A stretch of 64,000 bases of DNA from Thermoanaerobaculia bacterium (GTDB lineage Bacteria > Acidobacteriota > Thermoanaerobaculia > UBA5066), in contig JBBQRP010000012.1 in NCBI GenBank assembly GCA_038214715.1, positions 43,634 to 107,633 of the forward strand, read 5' to 3'. Below are positions 1 through 10,007 of this stretch, piece by piece (the first letter of the stretch is position 1; every line of letters begins with the position of its first letter). A program made the translations under genes and the position numbers. Under the pieces are notes generated by a model that saw nothing but the letters and a program-made list of their open reading frames with translations, was not told the origin of the DNA and made no database searches.

Positions 1-105
1 TCGTCTCGAACCCGGCACTGCGAAGCGCCTGAAGATGGATTCCGGCCCGCAGCCGGTCGCCCGTGAATCCGCTCCCGGGGAGGCGCGGGACGAGCAGGAC
101 CGCCT

Positions 106-1404
106 TCATCGTGGAGGGCGCGCCCGGTGCCAGCGCGACGGCGCGAGGAGCGCGCGGCCCGCGGCACGGATCCACATCCCGAGTGAGGCGGAGAGATCGG
201 AGAGCGAGACGGTGGGAACTTCAGGTGGGTATCCGATGACACGTCGCGTCGCGGCGAGGGAGAGCCCCTCGAGTACGAGAGCCAGCTTTGCTTCGAACGA
301 AACGAGCAGGAGAAAGATCAGGAGCACGACCGGCCGCGTTACCGCGATCGACGCATCATGGGTAGCGGCCGAGGCGCCGACACTTGCCCGCACGGCGCCA
401 GACCACTTGCCACTCATGGAAAAACACAGCATGAGGACATCCGACGCGCCCGCGAGAATCGCGAGGGAGAGCAGGACGAACAGGCGCGGCCGAAACCACA
501 AGTCGCATGCCAGCACGAACGCGCCCTTCGGGCTCCGCACCGCGATCCGCGCCAGATCGCCGATGCCGACCAGGAAAAGCCTCATGTGCCCGCCGAACCA
601 GCGCGACCGCGACCGCGCCATGCCGCCGATGTCCGAAGAGGGTTCGTCCCGGGCGAATGGAGCGTCGAGCGCCCGGATCGGGATGCCGGCCGCGAGCAGC
701 CTCAGGGTGGCTTCGGAGTCCTCCACGGTCGTCCGCGTCGCGGCCGCGGGACCGAGCCGGAACGCGCGCGGCGAGAAGCCCATCGCCTTCCCGCGCAGGC
801 GGACCGGCAGACCCTCGGCGTCACGCGCGAGGTCGTCCTGCAGAGCTTCGGCGAGAGAGAGCGCCTCGACCCGCGCGGCGCCGGCGCCGGGCGTGCCCGC
901 CGGCCTGACCGGCAGCTGGAACGCTTCGGTCCCCGGAGGGATCGCGAGATCGCGGAAGAATCCCTCCGGCAGCCGCATGTCGGCGTCGAAGACGAGGATG
1001 AAATCGTAAGCATCCAATCGGTCACCCAGGCTCGCGGCGGCAAACGCGAGCGCGTGACCCTTCGTCGGGCCGGAAGATTTCTTTGAAAAGAAAGGGATCC
1101 GGTCGCGCTCAAGGCGCGCGACCGCTTCGGTATCGGGGCCGTCCAGAAGAACGAGAACGTCGGCCACGCTCTTTACCGTCGAAACAATCTCTCTCTCCGA
1201 CTCTCTCTTCAGATCGCCCGCAATTTCTCCGACGCGCGCGCCTTCCGCCCTCGACGGGACGATCGCGAGAAGGCGCGCGGGACGCAGCCCCACGGCGGAA
1301 ACGTGCGGCGGCCCCGAAAGACGCCGCAGCCTCAGCCAGGCATCGAGCGCGGGCAGCGCTGCCGCGAAGGCCGAAAGGCCGCAGAGGACCGTCGCCTTAT
1401 CCAC
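106..1404 (-). CDS. Family 2 glycosyltransferase (GT2) with TM segments
   Basis: The translation has a GT2 fold with DxD-like motifs (VLVLLDGPD, ILVFDADMRL) and an RSRSRW (QxxRW-like) motif. Hydrophobic helices are present at the N- and C-termini. Start at 1404 is not verified. Confidence 0.6.
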   Translation of the reverse strand: MDKATVLCGLSAFAAALPALDAWLRLRRLSGPPHVSAVGLRPARLLAIVPSRAEGARVGEIAGDLKRESEREIVSTVKSVADVLVLLDGPDTEAVARLERDRIPFFSKKSSGPTKGHALAFAAASLGDRLDAYDFILVFDADMRLPEGFFRDLAIPPGTEAFQLPVRPAGTPGAGAARVEALSLAEALQDDLARDAEGLPVRLRGKAMGFSPRAFRLGPAAATRTTVEDSEATLRLLAAGIPIRALDAPFARDEPSSDIGGMARSRSRWFGGHMRLFLVGIGDLARIAVRSPKGAFVLACDLWFRPRLFVLLSLAILAGASDVLMLCFSMSGKWSGAVRASVGASAATHDASIAVTRPVVLLIFLLLVSFEAKLALVLEGLSLAATRRVIGYPPEVPTVSLSDLSASLGMWIRAAGRALLAPSRWHRARPPR

Positions 1405-1429
1405 GCGACCCGCATCGTAGCGCCGAAGG

Positions 1430-3687
<2,258 letters not shown>

Positions 3688-3883
3688 CGCTGTTCCTTTC
3701 GTTCAATCCAAACCGCGATTCTAGAACTCCTCGCGCACGTCCGAATGATGCGGACGCACTAAGACCGCCGAATCCGTTCTCCAACGGCATCGAGAGTGGC
3801 CGTAGCCCGTCCCAAGCGGGCTCTTCGCGAGCGACCTCGTGCCGCTATCCCAATGCGTGACGGAGGCGCAAACCTGAGTTAAC

Positions 3884-6064
3884 GTGTCCGCGGAGCGTGA
3901 TCCCAACATGTTCAACTCGCGCCAGGCTCTGCTGCTTCTTCTCGTCACCGCCGCCCCTCTCGCCGCCCAGCCGTTCAATGGCTACGCGGCGTTCACCCGC
4001 AACGGTGGAATGTACTTCCAGGCCGCCTCGACGACCGCGGCCCAGCCGGCAGGCCAGGGCACGTGGGAGATGTGGGTGAAACTGACGGCGCCGCTCCAGG
4101 CGGGTGACTGCGCGAGCTTCATCGGCAAGGACTACACGACGTCCTACTGGATCGGCGCGTGCGAGGGCGGCGGCGCGGCGCACTTCCGTTCGTACACGCG
4201 CGGCACCTCCAGCGAGCACGACGGGGGAACGATTCCGCCTGGGGCGTGGACCCACATCGCGGTCACAACCGACGCGGCAACGCGGCGCCACTATGTCAAC
4301 GGCGCCCTCGTCGCCACGTTCGCCGACGCGGGCCCGCCGACGGGGAGCACGAGCGCGATGCGAATCGGAAGCGACGCAAAGTGGAACTTCCAGCCTGCCG
4401 CGCAGATCGACGAGGTCCGCGTCTGGACGGTGGCCCGGACCCAGAACGAGATCCGGAGCACGATGTTCGCGCCCGTGACGCGGCCGATTCCGGGGCTGAT
4501 CTCCCTCTTCCATCTCGACGGAGACGCGCTCGATGCCGTCGGCGCCGCGGGGGCAACGGGCATCGGGGCCACGGCGTTCGGGACGACGAACACGGGCGCG
4601 CGGACGCTGTTTGTCCCTGTCGTCCTCAAGAACCAGTACTCGTCGGAGATTACGTTCACGAACCGCGGATCGACCACGGCCACGGTCTCGATGCAGTACA
4701 CCGCGACCTCGGGCGGCGGCTCGGGAACCGCTACGACCTTCTCGCTGGCGCCCGGCCGCCAACGCGTCGAACCCGACGCGATCGCCTTCCTGGGCCTGCT
4801 GGGTCTCCCGATCGACACGTCGGGCACGGCTCTCGGGACGCTCCGTGTCGCGTTCTCGGGCCTCTCGTCGAGAGACGACGCCGCCGTCACCGTCCGGACG
4901 GCGACGAACACCGCGAACCCGGTAGGACGGGCCGGCCTCTCGTACGCGGGCGTTCCCGTCGAGAAGACGTTCTCCTCGACGGTTTATCTGCCGGGCCTCG
5001 CGTTCGGCTCCTCGACCGTGCGCACGAACCTCGCGCTTCAGAATGCCGGCGCGGCGGCAGACGGGAACGTCACTCTGCGGGTCACGCTCTACAACGCCAC
5101 GGGGGGCACGGCGTTCATCCTCCCGGACGTAACGCTCGCACCGGGCGGATTCCGGCAGTTCTCGTCCCAGGAGATGGGACTTCCCGAGAGCTACTCCGGC
5201 GGCGCCAAGGTCGAGGTCGCCGGCGGCACGGCGCGTTTCTATGCCTACGCCGTCCAGAACGACCAGGTCAACAGCGATGGATCTTTCATCCTGCCGGTCG
5301 ACCCCGCAAGCGCGGCGCGAACGGCCGTCACGATCCCGTCCGTCGTCGAGGCCGGCGCGTTTCGAACGGAGTTCACGCTCTTCAACACGGGCGACGTCCC
5401 GCGCGCCATAGTCGCGACGATCCACTGCCCCTCCTGCCCTCCCGATTCCGGCATCGGGGTTTCCGTCCCCGCCAAGGGGGAGGTCTACTTCCAGGATTAC
5501 ATCGGTTTCTGCCGCGCGTCCGCGTTCGGCGGCTCCCTCCCGAACCCGCTCGGCGTCGCCGTGGTCACGCTCGACGAGCTCGACGTGACGATGAGCTCCC
5601 AGGACCTCGTCGCGGTGGCGCGTACGTCGTCGAGCGCTCCCGGACAGGGCAAGTTCGGTGTCGCCTATCCCTCCGTGCGCGCCGCGCAGGGCGCTCCTTA
5701 CACGGCCTTCCTCTACGCCGCCCGGCAGGACGCGACGAACCGCTCGAACCTCGCGTTCGTCAACCTCGGGGATCTGGATTCCGGCCCGCTCGGCCTCCAC
5801 CTCGACATCTTTGACGGGGCGACCGGCGTCCTCGCCGCGTCCGTGGACGATCCGCGTCTCGCGGCGATTCCCGCGCACGGGTTCGTCCAGATCAATGCCT
5901 TTCTGTCGACGCTGGCACCCGGCGTCACGAATGCCTACGTGTGGGTCACGCGCACGTCTGGCGTCAACGCGTTCGACGCCTACGGGGTCGTGAACGACGG
6001 TGGCAACCCCGGGGAGCGCACGGGCGACGGCGCGTTCGTGGGAATGGACGTCCCCTACCGCTGA
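3884..6064 (+). CDS. Secreted LamG/concanavalin-A-like lectin domain protein with repeated beta-sandwich domains (hypothetical)
   Basis: Signal peptide MFNSRQALLLLLVTAAPLAAQ. An N-terminal LamG-like segment (TWEMWVKLT...IDEVRVW) is followed by about 500 aa of repetitive T/S/G/A-rich beta-rich sequence containing an HCPSCPPDSG motif. Alternative ATG start at 3908. Confidence 0.65.
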   Translation: MSAERDPNMFNSRQALLLLLVTAAPLAAQPFNGYAAFTRNGGMYFQAASTTAAQPAGQGTWEMWVKLTAPLQAGDCASFIGKDYTTSYWIGACEGGGAAHFRSYTRGTSSEHDGGTIPPGAWTHIAVTTDAATRRHYVNGALVATFADAGPPTGSTSAMRIGSDAKWNFQPAAQIDEVRVWTVARTQNEIRSTMFAPVTRPIPGLISLFHLDGDALDAVGAAGATGIGATAFGTTNTGARTLFVPVVLKNQYSSEITFTNRGSTTATVSMQYTATSGGGSGTATTFSLAPGRQRVEPDAIAFLGLLGLPIDTSGTALGTLRVAFSGLSSRDDAAVTVRTATNTANPVGRAGLSYAGVPVEKTFSSTVYLPGLAFGSSTVRTNLALQNAGAAADGNVTLRVTLYNATGGTAFILPDVTLAPGGFRQFSSQEMGLPESYSGGAKVEVAGGTARFYAYAVQNDQVNSDGSFILPVDPASAARTAVTIPSVVEAGAFRTEFTLFNTGDVPRAIVATIHCPSCPPDSGIGVSVPAKGEVYFQDYIGFCRASAFGGSLPNPLGVAVVTLDELDVTMSSQDLVAVARTSSSAPGQGKFGVAYPSVRAAQGAPYTAFLYAARQDATNRSNLAFVNLGDLDSGPLGLHLDIFDGATGVLAASVDDPRLAAIPAHGFVQINAFLSTLAPGVTNAYVWVTRTSGVNAFDAYGVVNDGGNPGERTGDGAFVGMDVPYR

Positions 6065-6081
6065 GCTTCAGGGCACGAGAA

Positions 6082-7863
6082 TCAGGGCAGGAGCGTCCGG
6101 GCGCCCGCCGCGAGAGACCGCTTCACGACGTCCACGACGCGGTCGGGGGCGATTTCCGAAGCCTTCTTCTCGCGGCGCGTCGACACTTCGACGATGCCGC
6201 GGGCGAGACCCTTTCCGCCCACGACGACGCGGAGCGGAAAGCCGATGAGGTCCATGTCCTTGAACTTCACGCCGGGACGCTCGTCGCGGTCGTCGTAGAA
6301 GACCTCGACGCCATCGGCTTTCAGGGCCTCGTAGAGCTTGTCCGCCGCCTCGAGTACGGTGGCGTCGCGCTGCAGACCCGCCACGACGCAGGCGAAAGGT
6401 GCGAGCGGCACGGGCCAGACGATTCCGACGTCGTCGTGATTCTGCTCGATCGCGGCCGCGACCGTGCGCCCGAGGCCGAGGCCGTAGCAGCCCATCGCAA
6501 GAGGCACCATCTTCTGGCTCTGGTCCGCGACCTCGCATTTCATGGCCTCGGAGTACTTCGTGCCGAGCTTGAAGATGTGCCCGACCTCGATGCCCCTCTT
6601 GATCCTCAGGACTCCGCCCTTCGCGGCCGGGGAGGGATCGCCGTCACGGGCCGTCGCGACCTCGACGACTCCGGCGAACGCCGGCCGGGTCATCACATCG
6701 CGGGGAATCGACAACTGAGCGTGATGGGTTCCATCCTGGTTGGCCCCGCACCAGATGTTCCGTCCGTTTTCCAGGGAACGATCGACGAAGAGAAGAATGG
6801 GATTTTCTTCGAAAGGAAGAAGGTCGAGCGGCCCGACGAATCCGGGCATCGTTCCTGATACGTTTCTAAGAATCTCTTCCGAAACCAGCTTCGCGTGAAA
6901 CACGTCCAGAGCCTTGGGGAGCTTGACCTCGTTGATCTCGAGATCGCCGCGGATCAGGACAGCCGCGAGCCCCTCCTTGCCATCGGCCTTTGTCCATTCG
7001 TAGACCATCGTCTTGACGATGCGCGAGGAGGTCGTCCCGAGGTGTTTCGCCTGGTCCACGCACGTCGTCAGGCCCGGTGTCGGAGCGCTCGCCTTCTGGA
7101 GCGGGCTTTCTTTCTCCCCCGCCCACGGCTCGGGGAGAGGGCCGGTCACGGCCTTCTCGACGTTCGCGCCGTAATCGCCGGCCTCCGAGAAGACGAGTGC
7201 GTCCTCGCCGGTCTCGGCCACGACCATGAACTCCTGGGACGCGGACCCGCCGATGGCGCCGGAGTCGGCGTCGACGAGCGCGTATTCGAGGTTGCAGCGC
7301 TCGAAGATTCGCCGGTACGCGGCGTCCATCTTCCGGTAATGCGCGTCCAGCCCTTTCTGGTCCACGTCGAAGGAGTAGGCGTCCTTCATGAGGAACTCGC
7401 GGCCGCGCAGGAGGCCGAAGCGCGGCCGGATCTCGTCGCGGAACTTCGTGCGGATCTGATAGAGGTTGAACGGCAGCTGGCGCCAGGAGGTGACGGACCG
7501 CCGGACCATGTCCGTCACGGCCTCTTCCGCGGTCGGCGCGAGCGCGAACTCGCCGCCCTTGCGGTCCTCGAGATGGAAGAGGATGCCTTCATCCACGTAG
7601 CGATCCCAGCGACCCGATTCCACCCACAGCTCCTTCGGCTGGAGAATCGGCAGGTCCACTTCCATGGCGCCGGTCGCGTCCATCTCCTCGCGCACGATCT
7701 CGATCATCTTGCGCAGCGAGCGGAAGCCGAAAGGAGTGAAGGAATAGATTCCCGCGGCGAGCTTCTGGATCATCCCCGCGCGATAGAGGAGCTGATGCGA
7801 GACGACCTCGGCGTCGCCGGGAACCTCGCGGAGCGTGACGAGAAACGACTGGGACCAGCGCAT
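6082..7863 (-). CDS. proS: Prolyl-tRNA synthetase (bacterial type with INS editing domain)
   Basis: MRWSQSFLVTLREVP...SHQLLYRAGMI N-terminus, class II aaRS motifs and a C-terminal anticodon-binding region. ATG at 7863; the track ORF extends to 7923. Confidence 0.9.
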   Translation of the reverse strand: MRWSQSFLVTLREVPGDAEVVSHQLLYRAGMIQKLAAGIYSFTPFGFRSLRKMIEIVREEMDATGAMEVDLPILQPKELWVESGRWDRYVDEGILFHLEDRKGGEFALAPTAEEAVTDMVRRSVTSWRQLPFNLYQIRTKFRDEIRPRFGLLRGREFLMKDAYSFDVDQKGLDAHYRKMDAAYRRIFERCNLEYALVDADSGAIGGSASQEFMVVAETGEDALVFSEAGDYGANVEKAVTGPLPEPWAGEKESPLQKASAPTPGLTTCVDQAKHLGTTSSRIVKTMVYEWTKADGKEGLAAVLIRGDLEINEVKLPKALDVFHAKLVSEEILRNVSGTMPGFVGPLDLLPFEENPILLFVDRSLENGRNIWCGANQDGTHHAQLSIPRDVMTRPAFAGVVEVATARDGDPSPAAKGGVLRIKRGIEVGHIFKLGTKYSEAMKCEVADQSQKMVPLAMGCYGLGLGRTVAAAIEQNHDDVGIVWPVPLAPFACVVAGLQRDATVLEAADKLYEALKADGVEVFYDDRDERPGVKFKDMDLIGFPLRVVVGGKGLARGIVEVSTRREKKASEIAPDRVVDVVKRSLAAGARTLLP

Positions 7864-7987
7864 GGGACCGGCGAGGATAACAGGGGTCCTCTCGGACGAG
7901 GCCCGATTCGACCGGCGCGGCATTGGTCGAGCGCCCGGCGGAATGCCCGCGATTCCAAGGGTGAAAAAATAATAGACTTGCGGCGCC

Positions 7988-9307
7988 GTGGACGTGACCA
8001 GGCTCTTTCAGACGCCCGAGAAGGCCGACGCCGGCCTGTCGTCGCTCGCCCGCGGCGTCGTCGGGTCCGAGATCCTGCGCATCGCCGGGGAAATCCGCGC
8101 GCTGCAGGCGAAGGGCCATCCCGTCTGCAATCTCACGATCGGCGACTTCGATCCACGGTACTTCCCGATCCCCAGGGCGCTTCTCGAGGGCACGCGCGCG
8201 GCCCTCGAAGCCGGCCAGACGAATTACCCTCCGGCGGAAGGGATCCTCCCCCTGCGCGAGGCGGTCGTGCGACTGTACGAGCGCGACCTCGGCCTCACCT
8301 ACCCCGTCGACTCGGTCGTGATCGCGGCGGGCGCACGTCCTCTTCTCTATGGGGCGTACCGGACGCTCGTCGACCCCGGCGACACGACGATCTATCCGGT
8401 CCCGACGTGGAACAACAATCACTACGCCTACCTTTCGGGCGCGCACGGCATCCCGGTGCCGGTCACCGCGGCGTCGAACTTCTTTCCGACGCCCGACCAG
8501 TTGAGTCCCCACCTCGCGTCCGCGCGGCTCCTCATCCTCAACTCTCCGCTGAACCCCACGGGGACCGTGATCTCGAAGGAAGCCCTCACGGCGATCACAG
8601 CGATGGTCGTCGACGAGAACCGGCGACGCGACCGCGCGGGCGGCAAGCCGCTGTACTTCGTCTACGACCAGGTCTACTGGACGCTCACGTTCGGCGCAGC
8701 CACGCACCACACGCCCGTCGAGGTCGTCCCCGAGAGCGCGCCCTACGTCATCTTTCTCGACGCGATCTCGAAGGCGTTCTGCGCGACCGGAATGCGCGTC
8801 GGCTGGGGCGTCATGCCCCCGGCGATCCGCAAGCGGATGTCCGACATCCTCGGACACGTCGGCGCCTGGGCGCCGAAGGCGGAGCAGGTTGGCGTCGCCG
8901 CTCTGCTCGACGATCCCGCCGCGGTCCACGCCCACCGCGAGAAGGTCCGCCGGGCGCTCGCCGAAAGGCTCGAGGCGCTCTATCGGGGCGTGATGGAGAT
9001 GAAGGCCGAAGGCTTCCCCGTCGACGCGATCGAGCCGCAGGGAGCGATCTATCTCTCCGCGCGCTTCGATCTCTGTGGCCGGACCATCCAGGGAACGCCG
9101 GTGAAGACGAACGACGACGTGCGGCGCCTCCTCCTCGGCGCTGGGCTCGGCGTCGTACCGTTCCAGGCGTTCGGACTCTCCGGCGACACGGGCTGGTTCC
9201 GGCTCTCGGTCGGGGCCGTCTCCACGGCGGACATCGCCGAAGCGTTTCCCCGCCTGCGCGCGCTTCTCGCTCCAGCCACCGCGATAGGGTTCTCGGCCAA
9301 CCCCTGA
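7988..9307 (+). CDS. PLP-dependent aminotransferase, class I/II (aspartate aminotransferase family)
   Basis: Fold-type I aminotransferase similarity with the PLP-lysine motif (DAISKAFCATGMRVGW). GTG start. Confidence 0.8.
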   Translation: MDVTRLFQTPEKADAGLSSLARGVVGSEILRIAGEIRALQAKGHPVCNLTIGDFDPRYFPIPRALLEGTRAALEAGQTNYPPAEGILPLREAVVRLYERDLGLTYPVDSVVIAAGARPLLYGAYRTLVDPGDTTIYPVPTWNNNHYAYLSGAHGIPVPVTAASNFFPTPDQLSPHLASARLLILNSPLNPTGTVISKEALTAITAMVVDENRRRDRAGGKPLYFVYDQVYWTLTFGAATHHTPVEVVPESAPYVIFLDAISKAFCATGMRVGWGVMPPAIRKRMSDILGHVGAWAPKAEQVGVAALLDDPAAVHAHREKVRRALAERLEALYRGVMEMKAEGFPVDAIEPQGAIYLSARFDLCGRTIQGTPVKTNDDVRRLLLGAGLGVVPFQAFGLSGDTGWFRLSVGAVSTADIAEAFPRLRALLAPATAIGFSANP

Positions 9308-9330
9308 ACCGCGGCGCTACACTTCCTGAC

Positions 9331-9993
9331 GTGAAGCAGGACAAGCGGACGGAGAAGAGCCGTGCGGCGATCCTCGAGGCATCGCTGGAACTGTTCTCGA
9401 GCCACGGGTACCGCGGCACGAGCATCCGCGAGATCGCCGAGGCTGCCGGCGTCTCGACCGGCAACGTCTACCACCACTTTCCCGACAAGGAGGCGATCTT
9501 CCAGACCGTCCTCGGACAATACTGGCAGGCGATCGAGAGCCCCGATTTTCCGTTCAACAGGGCGCTCGCGTCCGGCACGTTCCCCGACAACCTCGAGGAG
9601 CTCGCCGTCGCGGCCCGCGAGAGCGTGCGCCTCTGGCGACGCCACGTGGCGCTGATCTACGTCGACGTCGTCGAGCTCTCCGGGAATCACATCCGGAAGT
9701 TCTACTCGGAAATGGCGTCGCGCTTCGAACGATTCATCGTCACGCACGGCGAAGCGGTCTCCGGAGAGATCCGGCCCGGTGTCCCGGTTGCGACCGCGGT
9801 CATGCTCGCGAGCCGCGTCTTCCTGCAGTACTACGCCGTCGAGATCCTCTTCGGCGTCCCCCAGCAGTTCGGGAAGAACAGCGGCCTCGTCGTGGGAGAG
9901 ATCGCCGAGATCCTCCGCCACGGAATGCTCCGTGAGGACGCGGCGGCGGTTACGTCCGGCGGCCCGCGGCCCCTCGCCCGCGCCCGCCGTTAG
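9331..9993 (+). CDS. TetR family transcriptional regulator
   Basis: N-terminal TetR HTH (RAAILEASLELFSSHGYRGTSIREIAEAAGVSTGNVYHHF). GTG start 24 nt after the aminotransferase stop. The longer track ORF 6895..9993 is rejected upstream of this point. Confidence 0.78.
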   Translation: MKQDKRTEKSRAAILEASLELFSSHGYRGTSIREIAEAAGVSTGNVYHHFPDKEAIFQTVLGQYWQAIESPDFPFNRALASGTFPDNLEELAVAARESVRLWRRHVALIYVDVVELSGNHIRKFYSEMASRFERFIVTHGEAVSGEIRPGVPVATAVMLASRVFLQYYAVEILFGVPQQFGKNSGLVVGEIAEILRHGMLREDAAAVTSGGPRPLARARR

Positions 9994-10007
9994 GGCTTTC
10001 GGGCGGC

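Noticed and set aside
3845-5878. A 677-aa minus-strand ORF antisense to the LamG protein gene. Similar long antisense ORFs occur at 15679-18024, 19962-22961, 24922-27753 and 35-1009
   Set aside because: These are low-complexity, R/G/D/E-rich translations with no motifs. They overlap strongly supported genes on the other strand. They are an artefact of stop-codon scarcity at about 70 % GC.
6895-9993. A 1032-aa plus-strand ORF in the track spanning proS (antisense), the aminotransferase region and the TetR gene
   Set aside because: The N-terminal 800 aa are Arg/Gly/Pro-rich with no domain signatures and lie antisense to or out of frame with well-supported genes (proS, aminotransferase). This is typical of high-GC spurious ORFs. 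Only the C-terminal TetR portion (9331-9993) is real.
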